Positions 41,810 through 51,966 of a stretch of 64,000 nucleotides of DNA are shown piece after piece. A model generated the notes under the pieces. That model saw nothing but the letters and a program-made list of their open reading frames with translations, was not told the DNA's origin and made no database searches. How positions within the stretch are numbered: the first letter of the stretch is position 1; every line of letters begins with the position of its first letter. Made by a program: the position numbers and the translations under genes. Origin of the DNA: Mobula hypostoma (taxonomy: Eukaryota). The stretch lies in contig NC_086106.1 in NCBI RefSeq assembly GCF_963921235.1, forward strand, positions 21,142,001 to 21,206,000, in the 5' to 3' direction.

Positions 41810-44370
41810 TAGAAACCATAGGAAAACAAACAAACTACAGCACAGCAACAGGCCTTTTGGCCCTTCTTTGCTGTGCCTAACCATTTTGTGCCTAGTCCCA
41901 CTGAACTGCACACTGACCATATCCCTCCATACACCTCCTATCCGTGAATCTGTCCAACTTATTCTTAAATGTAAAAAAAAGATCCCGATTTACCACCTCG
42001 TCTGGCAACTTATTCCGCACTCCCACCACTCTCTGTCTGAAGAAGCCCCCCCCCCCAATGTTCCCTTTAAACTTTTCCCCCTTCACCCTGAACCCATGTC
42101 ATCTGTTTTTTTTCTCTCCCTTACGTCAGTGGAAGAATTCTGCTTGCATTCATTCTATCTATACCCATCATAATTTTATATGCCTCTGTCACATCTCCCC
42201 TAATTCTTCTACGCTCCAGGGAATAAATTCCTAACCTATTCAAACTTTCTCTGTAGCTGAGTTTCTCAAGTCCCGGCAACATCCATGTAAACCTTCTCTG
42301 CACTCTTTCAACCTTATTAATATCTTTCCTGTAATTAGGTGACCAAAACTGAATACAATACTCCAGATTCGGCCTCACGATGGCTTATGCAACTTCATCA
42401 TAACATTCCAGCTCTTATACTCAATACTTTGATTAATAAAGGCCAATGTACCATATTTCGACCCTATCTACCTGTAACGCCACTTTTAGGGTACTTTGCA
42501 TCTGTATTCCCAGATCCCTCTGTTCCACTGCACTCTTCAGTGCCTTACCATTTATCCTGAATTTTCCACCTTGGTTTGTCCTTCCAAAGTGACATACCTC
42601 ACGCTTGCCTGTGCAAAATTCCATCTGCCATTTTTCAGCCCATTTTTTCAGCTGTTCCAAATCCCTCTGCATTCTTTGAAAACCTTTCTGACTGTCCACT
42701 ACACCTCCAATTTTTGAATCATCAGCAAATATGCTAATCCAATTTGCCACATTATAATCCAGTTCATTGATATAGATGACAAATAACAATGGACCCAGCA
42801 CTGATCCCTGTGGCACACCACTAGTCACAGGCCTCCACTCTGAGAAGCAATCCTCTACTACCACTCTTTGGATTCTTCCATTGAGACAACGTCTAATCCA
42901 ATTAACCACCTCTCCATGTATACCTAGCGACTGAATTTTCCTAACTAACCTCCCATGCTGGACCTTGTCAAAGGCCTTACTGAAGTGCATGTAGACAACA
43001 TCCTCTGCCTGTTCTTCATCCACTTTCCTGGTAACCTCCTCGAAAAACTCCAATAGGTTGGTCAAACATGACCGACAACGCACAAAGCCACGTCGACTCT
43101 CCCTAATAAGTCCCTACCTATACAAATGCTTGTAGATTCTGTCTCTTAGTACTCCCTCCAATAACTTACCCGCTACCGACGTCAAATTTACTGCCCTCTA
43201 ATTTCCCCGATTTCTTTTCGATTTTTTTTTTTAAACAACAGAACAACATGAGCCATTCTCTAATCCGCCGGAACCTGACCCCTCGACACCGGCATGTTAA
43301 ACATATCCCCCAGGGCCTCTGCTATTTCAACAGTAGTTCCTTCAAGGTCCGAGGGAATACACTGTCAGGTCCTGGGGATTTATCCTCTTTACTTTGTCTC
43401 AAGATAGCAAACACCTCCTCCTTTTCAATCTGTACAGTTTCCATGATTCACTGCTTGTTTCTCATAATTCCGTAGACTTCATGCCAGTTTTCTCAGCAAA
43501 TACAGACGAAAAAAACAAAACAAACAAACAGAAAAAACAAACAAACAAACAAACAAACATTTAAGATCTCCCCAATTTATTTTGGTTCCGCACATCGCCG
43601 ACCTCTCTGATCTTCAAGAGAACCAGTTTCATCCTTTACAATCATTTTACTCCGAATATACCCGTAAAAAAAGCTCTTTGGATTATCCTTCACCTTGACT
43701 GCCAAGGCAACCTCATGTCTTCTTTTAGCCCTCGGGATTTCCTTCCTAAGTATTTTCTTGCATTTTATAATCCTCAAGCACCTTATTTACTCCCTGTTTC
43801 CTATACATGTCATACAACTCTCTCTTTCTCCTTATCAGAGTGGTAATATCCCTTGGGAACCAAGGTTCCGTATTCCTATTCACTTTGCATTTAATCCTGA
43901 CAGGAACATACAAACTCTGCACTCTCAACATGTCTCCTTTGAAGGCTTCCCACTTACCGATCACATCCGTGCCAGAGAACAACCTGTCCCAATCCACGCT
44001 TTGTAGATCCTTACTCATTTCTTCAAATTTGGCCTTCTTCCAGTTTAGAAACTCGACCCCAGGACCAGATCTATCTTTATCCATGATCAACTTGAAACTA
44101 CTGGCGTTATGATCACTGGCACCAAAGTGCTCACCTACACACGCTTCCGTCACTTGTCCTAACTCGTTTCCTAATAGGAGATCTAATATTGCATCCTCTC
44201 TAGTTGGTACCTCTATATATTGATTTAGGTTTATTGACTCTAGCCCACCTGGACCCCTAACAGCATGGAAGTCCCAATCAATACGTGGAAAATAAAAATC
44301 CCCTACCACCAGAACTTTATGTTTCCTGCAGTTGCCTGCTATCTCTCTGCAGATTTGTTCCTCCAATTCT
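41810..44370 (-). mobile_element. CR1 LINE ORF2, partly intact
   Basis: 216-aa RT ORF (RSCLTNLLEFFEEV...GVPQGSVLGPLLF...FADDSK) and EN segment (LVVGDF, PTREDAILDLLLGN). Confidence 0.93.
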
Positions 44371-45699
44371 CGGTGACGTCAAGTTAGCTTCACATATTTC
44401 GAATTGTTAATATTTTTATCCGCAGTCTTTTTTTCCAAAATGCAGCCTGATAGTGCTCAACGCCGCACCGTAGATTTGGCATGACAACTATCAACCACAA
44501 ATGCACTGGTGCACATCGCGCATCACAGATGCCATTCCAATAGGGAAGACATGATCAAAAAAATAGTTAAGAAAGCTGAGTTAGATAAAGATACGAATTA
44601 TTTGTTGCCTCTGAAAGGTAGAAAATTGCCCAGATGGAAGGAGAGTTGTTTCCTCAATTGTCTGTTGGACGGCATTGTAGTAGTGCATGACACGAGCTCA
44701 AACTGAAAGTAGAAGTAAAATTAAAATGACAGGTAGTGTTTAGCTAGCAGTCACTTCTAAGCTTTGAGTACAGTGAGTCTGCTTAGCTTTCACCAATTTC
44801 CTTTATGTTTTATGCAAATTCAAAGGATCGGTGTCGTGAACTCTGACAACTGCACATTGGATTAAAAAAAAACAGACAACTGTACGTGAGTCATTACTTC
44901 AACGGGAAAATCTTACATACGCCCGAGATGGTGCAAATAGAAGAGACAAAAATGTTGGTGTTACATCTCCTGTTCTTTCATGGAATGTGATATAGGTGTG
45001 GAATATCATCGCTGCTGCTTCTTCTTTGTGCCCTCCGAATACTCCTTGATTTCATTCGTGACCAAACATCAATTAATCATGCAGGTGAAATGGCTACAAA
45101 TGAAGCAAGAATATGCATGATACGCAGATACAAGAAGTCCCGAGATTGACCTGGAAGCGAAAGTTGGTTACTCCACATAAATTATTGGGCTAAATTTTAA
45201 AGAATCGCAACAAAAGTAATGTATGGCAATGTAACAATCCCAGGGCGCAGCGGACTGACCGTAAAATTAAAGCCACAAAACAAGCAGGCTATGGAACACC
45301 TCATCACCCGGACTCACAGAACAATGGGCCATTCCAGAATTCATTAATTTCAATTCGAAGCCCTTTGCTCCAGTCAAACTGTCGATTGTATTCCAATGTT
45401 TCATTCAAGCAAAGACCGTGCTAAATGCTGGTAGAGAGACAAGCTGTGAACTCAGCGGCAGGCAACTGTAAATCGTTTATCCGTTCTCTCCAGCCTTCAC
45501 ACAATAGCCGTAGAAGTAACTCGGAGAGTCAGAGTTCGAATAAAAATTAAGGCGTCCTTTAAAAGCAAGATCATACGTTCCTTCTTGCATATGCACGAAG
45601 GTTTCCACACCGTGCTCCGTTTCTGCCACAGTCCAACCACGTACCGGTCAGTAGCGATCATTGCAATCTGTCCCGTCAATAGACGCGAGCTGAATCGAT

Positions 45700-46370
45700 A
45701 GATCAGGGGTCCCAGAAGGATAATTTGCAGGTGGGGTCTGTGGTAATGAAGGCGAATAGAATGCTGTAATTTATTTCAATGGGAGTAGAATAGGAAATAC
45801 ACGGTGAAAATGCTGAGCATTTATAAGACATTCGTCAGACTGCACGGAGTATTGCCAGCAGTTTCGGGCGCGTTCTCTGAAAGGATGTGTCGTCACTGGA
45901 GGGAGCACAGAGGAGCCTCACGAATGAACACGTGAAGCGCATTTGGCAACTTCAGACATTTACCCTCTGGAATTCGAAAAAAAAATGCGGGGTCTCTCAT
46001 TGAAAACTTCCCGATGTTGAAAGGAACAGATAGGGTTGGTGTGGAGAGGATGTTTCCTATGGTTTTCTATGGCTATTAGTTACTGGACAGCACAGAGTCA
46101 CAACTGAGGGACGACAATTAGAAGAATGAAAAGGCGTGACCATTCAGGGCCGACCGTTTTGAACAAAGCTAATGGTACAGACTGCAATAGCAGCCAAGTA
46201 CATTTACGGCGTAAGCTGATAATTCTGATCGGTCAAGCAGTCAAAGGATATTGCGAGATGGTAGGTGTGTGGAGTTGAGTAGGATGCGGGATCAGCATGA
46301 TAGTTTGGCGGAGTAGTCTCGATGGGCTGAATAGCCTAATTCGACTCCTCTGTCTTATCCTCTTCCGGTG
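45700..46370 (+). mobile_element. CR1 LINE 3' end, degenerate
   Basis: Similar to the ORF2 C-terminus and 3' UTR of other copies (gatgggctgaatagcctaattc). Confidence 0.65.
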
Positions 46371-48663
46371 CCATGCTGACGATGCATCACGTAGGGCAAG
46401 AGGGAGCTCTATCACGTTTTCTTTTCTATGCAAATAAGTATATAACTAACATGGCACGGTTGAGAAACTCGCAATTTTCCATGACAGCCTGCAATTGTGC
46501 TAGTTTCCTTCTATCAATGACATTATTTGAAATAAAACAAAATAAATGTGATGCGGCGTGATTAACAGTGGTCCTCACACCACCTCTGACTTAACTGTGT
46601 AGAGAAGTCCCTCAACTAGACAAGGAAATTGAACTAATTTCGAGATCGTTTTCATTACTTGAATTGATCATTTGGAAAAAAAAAATCCAAGCTCATATTG
46701 AGGAAATATCAGTAAACCAATACGGCAATGTACTTCTGCATTTCCCCCCAAGCAGTCCGCGACCTGGCGTCATGGTTTCTTTTTCTGTGAAATGAAACTG
46801 CCGTACAATTTCGATAAGTTGATTAAAAGCAAACTGCCTCATATGCGGTGAACAACTAAGAATAGTTCCATAAGGACTGGATACATTAATAAGCATTATG
46901 TATGTTCATCGTTACTGCTGCGCAAGTGTATTGGGGGGGGGGGTGATATTGGACTGTCCTGCGTTGGACTGGATATTCATTTATTCAAGCCGCGAGACGA
47001 TCCGTTGCGACATGAAGAATAGAATTATGCTAATTTTGTACAACCTAGTATAGAGAGGATGTCTAATGTTTAGTGAGAGAGATCAGAAGATTTACCATAG
47101 GTCTAACGAAGCCCATTGCACCAACGGGCCATTTTGAGCAGACTAGAGCTTTTCGTTTTCGGGCAATGCTGGTTGACAGTCAACTTAATAGAAGTGCGTA
47201 TATCAGGAAAGACACAGATAGGATTTTCCTCAGGGCAGTAAGGACGAATACTAGAATTCTTCCCTCCATGGAGACTGGACCGAAATGTACTGCAGATAGC
47301 AGAAATTGTTTTTTTTTTTTTCTTTTTTACAAAGAGAACGGTAGATGTCTGGAAATCCATGCCGGAGATGGTAGAAGATTCAGGAGGATATTTTAAAAAT
47401 GTACTATTATATAACTATATAATATTGTCTTTCCATGAGGAAATGTTTGGGTAGATAGTTTAGTTGTTCTAAATTAGTTGGCAAAGCAACGTGTGACCAA
47501 CTGTCCACAGTGTGCTGTCCCGTTTGACATTCTTTGTTTTATGTTTCTTGAGATGGCAAACGGCAGATGGTTCTTCGTTTTTGTCCTCTCCTACATTATC
47601 ATTTTATCATTTTGTTTATATTAAGGATATTTAGTTTGCTATTAAAATCTTAAATTATTTTCCGTAGGATTTGGGAAGACACTTTATCAGCTTTTGTAAA
47701 GATTAGCTTCTGACCACCAAAAGAAAAAAATAAATAAATAAGAGTGGAACGGCTATTTACACCACGACTCAGAGCATATTCAGGAACGAGCTTCCTCGGG
47801 CGCTCAAATACCATGACAATATATTTGGGAAACAAATGAAACAGTTATATTAATTTTCAAAAGTTATTAGTAGCATATTATTATAAAAAGTTCCCATGAG
47901 GTTCATGCCCAATTTAGAGTGTGGAGATGGACTGAGGTAGTCAGTAAACACGCCCTATTGCATATTAATATTATCTCAATATCATTGTAGAACCTCATTC
48001 GTATTTTCCAGGTAAAGTTTACATAATACTTTTCAGGAAAAGGTACGAAATTGTCTTCAAATTCTTCAAATAATTGGTCTGCACAGAATATTCAAAAGAG
48101 AGATTTACATGGATCCATGATCTCGTAGAATAGCAAATTAAGGGGTACATTTTCACTATAAATGTTGATAATTTGTTCTTACAATGTATGTTACACGAGG
48201 TGGGATGGTTATTGTTACATTTTAGCTGGGGTTCTTCCGTTAATCTCTTGTGCGTTCTTGGGGCACCATGACTTTAACCAGGGTGTGTAATCATCTCTCC
48301 CCTGTATGAATGTGTCTGAATGAGATTTTTATTTTTCCATGTCATAGAACCCGGTCTGTTTTTGTGCGCATCGCAGCAAGACGTCAGCTAAGAATTATAT
48401 ATAAAAAAAAAACTTGTTCTGTTCTGTCATCATGGACTAAAAGCTCGCCGCAATATATTTGCTCCGGTGGAGGGTGAAAGAGGACTCATTCGGAACCGAA
48501 AGATGCCTAGTGTCGACATTTAATTAGCAGCGAATTTCCCCATTGGGTGATGGTGCTTCAACTGTCGAAGAGACATAAAGTTCAGATTTAACTTTGTTGG
48601 TTTTCGAACCTGAGAGTTTGCTGCAGAATTATCGGTCTGTTCTCTGCGGTCTTGGTGTTCGCT

Positions 48664-48702
48664 CGTTTTTGAACAGCTCCTTTCGTCTTTTGAAACACTG
48701 TG
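48664..48702 (-). other. Second, tandem 23-RSS downstream of the supporting V
   Basis: CACAGTG (48696-48702), 23-nt spacer, TCAAAAACG (48664-48672). Confidence 0.75.
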
Positions 48703-48717
48703 CAACCACCACATTGA

Positions 48718-48756
48718 GGTTTTTGTGCATCTCGCTTCCTCCTGTCTATCACTGTG
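48718..48756 (-). other. Consensus 23-RSS of the supporting V-delta
   Basis: Perfect CACAGTG (48750-48756), 23-nt spacer, perfect ACAAAAACC (48718-48726). Confidence 0.97.
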
Positions 48757-49062
48757 CTCTCCTCCGACTTAAGGCACATTGATACAAAGCCGAGTCGCTC
48801 ACTTGCAGTTTCGAGATGGTTAACGTGCTGATTTTCTTGTCACGATCGAGAGAACCAAAGAAGTGTCCTTCGGCAAAATTTCCCTGTACCTGATCTCCAG
48901 AGGTATGCGTCTGGAGCAGAAGTTTTGGAGACTCTGCTTGCAGCTGCCTGTACCAGTGTATCGTGTATGGACAAAACCCGAAATATTCGCAGCTTAATGT
49001 GACGACTTCATCAGAATAAGCAGATTGTAGAGGCGGACTCTTGGACACCAAGGATAATGGAT
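48757..49062 (-). CDS. Leaderless supporting TCR V-delta of a NAR-TCR cassette
   Basis: Acceptor ctcttcag, phase 1, then PLSLVSKSPPLQSAYSDEVVTLSCEYFGFCPYTIHWYRQ...STLTISKLQVSDSALYQCALSRRR. Extra Cys in CDR1. I found no credible leader exon between it and the upstream J, which splices in frame. Confidence 0.88.
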
Positions 49063-50550
49063 CTGAAGAGATATACAATACGCATCATCATTTCTTCTCT
49101 ATCGTTACGGGATCCAACACTCATAGGAATAGGTGAAGGAGTCACACTGGTTGGTTTCGTTTACAATGTGTCAGAAATGCTTTCATCGCTTTTGGGAATT
49201 ATTCCAGTCAATTGCTGAGCTGGAGAAATAATTGGAAGCTGCTGCAGCGGACAATTGATATTACTAGGAGGAGAAATCGAATTACTGCATGTAAATGCTG
49301 GAAATTGTGAAACTTCCTGGGAATTAATAATTAAAACACATAATATATGTGAAACTACCTTCCAGAGCCCGCACCCAAAGAGATGGAGTCCAATAATCGC
49401 TGCTGATTAGACAGAGTTGAGGATGATTCTTGTACCAGTGAGACTGATAATCGGATTACACTTTGTAAATTTAAACTTTTCTGGCATTTTTGTAAGGGAA
49501 GAACGAACAAGAAAAAGGAATAAGCAATATATTAATTTACAACAACAGATTCACTCTCTACAAATATTTTGCTCCCTGATTTCGCAGATTAATATCCATT
49601 AGAAGGGAATGATTTTCCCCTGTTTGGAATAAGGACCTGGTTGGAAGGAGTACACAGTGTTAAATTTCACACACCCCGGGGTAGCACTTCCTGAATATTC
49701 GGTGTTACACACCGCACTGCTGAAGGAACTCAGCGGTCTAGGCAGCATTTATGGAAAAGGAAAAAAAAAAACGGCGCTGTTTCAGGCAGAGATACTTCAT
49801 CAGGACATTAATATATGCTTCATTGCTTGCGGAGAACATCATGCATTTTGGGTCTGTTGCTTGGGTTTCTGCAGAGCTTATCATGTTTCCCCATTCGCTG
49901 TGCCAGGTCATCCTCCGTTTTACTTACAGTTCCGTCAGTATTTATGTTTATTTATTTTTTTCTTTCCATGATACTGCTTGTTCTACATTTGCTGCATATC
50001 CTGTCAACTTAAAATGTTCTCATGCAGTCTGTCAGATGTCACCTGAATTGCAGTTTACACGTGGGTGTCAGGCTCATTCGCATATAGGCGTCTCCACTAA
50101 GTAATTGTATCTAATTGTATCATGATAAAGAGTTTTTTTTCCCCTCAATCTTTCAACATGCATTTTGTCTGGATCTGCAAAGTTACTCAGCACAGGACAT
50201 CCCTGAAAATTTCCATCAAACTTGATAGCACTACGTGCTGACCCAAGAGTAGCTTTTCCTCTGCTGCTCCCAAAACCGCCTGCTGGCAAACAAAAAATCG
50301 CCGCTCTTTATTAGTGAATGAGTCCTTGCCGTTACTGTTGTTCTGCATGGATACAGATGCGCTATATTTTTTCAATGTACTTTTCCTAAGAGGAGCATAT
50401 AGCTGACAATCTAAATTCATTATTTTCAACAAGCCCAATCGTATAGCTTCTATCTCCGAAATCTTATCAAACTTGATATTTGCAGCAAAACCGCATCTGC
50501 AAGCACATTGATGAAACGGCTTTATACATTTCTCCAATTCAGATACTTAC

Positions 50551-50610
50551 TGACTGTGACAGTAACCCTGGACCCGGTTCCATCTAGATAGACAGTGTCG
50601 TAACGTAACT
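50551..50610 (-). CDS. IgNAR-type J segment
   Basis: LRYDTVYLDGTGSRVTVTV|GTAAGT, phase 1. The D-G-x-G motif is like IgNAR J segments (e.g. DGAGTVLTV). Confidence 0.88.
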
Positions 50611-50649
50611 CACCGTGATGCGATTCTCAGTCTCACTGGTACAAGAATC
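50611..50649 (+). other. 23-RSS of the J segment
   Basis: On the plus strand: CACCGTG (50611-50617), 23-nt spacer, ACAAGAATC (50641-50649). Confidence 0.88.
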
Positions 50650-50950
50650 AACCTCAACTCTGTCGTATCTGCAAGCGTTAGTGGACAGTATACACTCATG
50701 CCAGACTTGTAAAACATCAAGAACATAATTCAGTGTTCCACAGAGCTCTGTGAAGATACATATGAAAAAGACAACTATAAAATGGCCACAACATGCTTTC
50801 CGAATGTCGGCTCCTTAAACTGCAGCAAATGTGAAAGAAAAAATCCGGAAAGGGGCAAATTACAATGGAATTCGTCGGATCACAGCGCGAAAGCAATCCA
50901 ATATATGAATCTTTTTCCCGACTCTAGAATATATTTTTATCAGGGCCGAA

Positions 50951-51020
50951 AGTTTTTGTTCGATTATCCTCTGTTGTGTATTGCCCCAAATCCACAGTAT
51001 TTCATGCCATGTTCATAACG
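50951..51020 (-). other. D segment GATTTGGGGCAATA (50979-50992) flanked by two 12-RSS
   Basis: 3' RSS: CACAACA-12-ACAAAAACT (50951-50978). 5' RSS: heptamer CACAGTA (50993-50999) with a weak nonamer (TTCATAACG). All three frames are open (DLGQ/IWGN/FGAI). Confidence 0.78.
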
Positions 51021-51250
51021 CAGGATAGCGGTGACGGGAGATAACAGCTTTCCAACTGCTATTTCAGCTTCCATGCTATTGGATCAGGGTCTCATCTGAA
51101 GTAAGGCACTGTTAAGTGGGAAATCATTTCATTTACTGTTCGCTTAAAAAATGCGTAAGGTAATTTTATACCTGCAAATTCAGGAAAGAGAAAAGGACTG
51201 GAGTATGAACAGTAAACTTCCTGTCCCATTACAAGCTATACTCTATGGAA

Positions 51251-51278
51251 CACAGGGGAAGTGCCTCGTTCAATTACC
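51251..51278 (+). other. Orphan 12-RSS (possible 5' RSS of a lost D)
   Basis: CACAGGG-12-TCAATTACC, oriented as a D 5' RSS. No partner 3' heptamer was found. Confidence 0.5.
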
Positions 51279-51326
51279 GGCAGATTAAGTCCGCTTCTTA
51301 GGCTATTGATGGGATAAATTACAGCG

Positions 51327-51366
51327 TGTATTTGAGTACGGCCAGAATCCCTTTCCTACCTCTGTG
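51327..51366 (-). other. RSS of the NAR-type V (24-nt spacer, degenerate nonamer)
   Basis: CACAGAG (51360-51366). The best nonamer is TCAAATACA at a 24-nt spacer (CTCAAATAC at 23). Confidence 0.65.
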
Positions 51367-51663
51367 TAGAGTAATATTTATATTGATATTCAACTTTACA
51401 GAAATAGGTGGCGCTGTCCTTAACGCCAAGATTCATAATTTTCAGGGTAATTATCCTTTCTGCTTTATTTTCCGTTGTAATAATTCTTCCTCCTGTGTAG
51501 ATGCGTTCCCTCACCGTTCCTGGCTGCCTCTGTTTGAAGAATTGTCCGGTTATAAATCGATCGCTTGACGATTTTCTATGGAACCTGCATGTAATGGTGA
51601 GAGTCTGACACTCATTTATCGTCACCACTGTCGGGCTCTGGGTCACGGACTGGCTGAAGGAGA
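51367..51663 (-). CDS. IgNAR-like V exon (NAR-TCR V)
   Basis: Acceptor ttttcag, phase 1, then SFS-QSVTQSPTVVTINECQTLTITCRFHRKSSSDRFITGQFFKQRQPGTVRERIYTGGRIITTENKAERIITLKIMNLGVKDSATYFCKVEYQYKYYS. Shows the NAR-type short CDR2 region (ERIxxGGR), an extra FR1 Cys and an open frame. Confidence 0.9.
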
Positions 51664-51805
51664 CTGAAAATTAAGAATATGGAGAAGCGAAGCGGCATTA
51701 GTTGTGAAACATGCAAGACAGCTAATATTATGATTTCATGAAATTCCAAATTGTTCAGCTTTATATTTAACTCGCATACTGTGGAAAATTTTAAACGGTA
51801 CTCAC

Positions 51806-51847
51806 GGCGAAAGCAGAGGCAGAGCGTGAGATTCAGGGGAAATTCAT
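51806..51847 (-). CDS. Leader exon of the NAR-type V, 1-nt short (frameshifted as assembled)
   Basis: ATGAATTTCCCCTGAATCTC...TTTCGCC|GTGAGT is 42 nt. As written it reads MNFP*. Adding one base in the T/C run gives MNFPLNLTLCLCFR, 43 nt and phase 1, like the 20.5-kb leader. Confidence 0.75.
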
Positions 51848-51862
51848 CGTTTCGTGTCCGGG

Positions 51863-51966
51863 GGTCAGATGGTTTATATGCCGAAGAGCTAGTCTGCTGT
51901 GGTTCGTTATTCCTCAGAAATTGGCAAAGACGCATCTGCCTGTTTCTGCTCCAGATTTATGCAATT
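51863..51966 (-). promoter_or_regulatory. Candidate V promoter elements: E-box, TATA-like and octamer-like
   Basis: GGTCAGATG (51863-51871, shared with 20562-20570), TATAAA (51873-51878, minus strand) and ATGCAATT (51959-51966, one mismatch to the octamer). The TATA is unusually close to the ATG. Confidence 0.35.

Noticed and set aside
45490-45690. DRYVVGLWQKR and FKGR...YGYC motifs reminiscent of V domains
   Set aside because: The motifs are in different frames with wrong spacing; no acceptor or RSS.
46430-46450. ATGCAAAT octamer next to TATA-like sequence on the plus strand
   Set aside because: Spacing is too tight, no leader or V follows, and similar octamers occur elsewhere by chance.
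49150-49185. ATGAAAGCATTTCTGACACATT|gtaaac upstream of the supporting V as its leader
   Set aside because: Only 7 codons with a weak donor; not a signal peptide.
50881-50887. CACAGCG between D and J, a possible extra D
   Set aside because: No nonamer at 12 or 23 nt and no partner heptamer.
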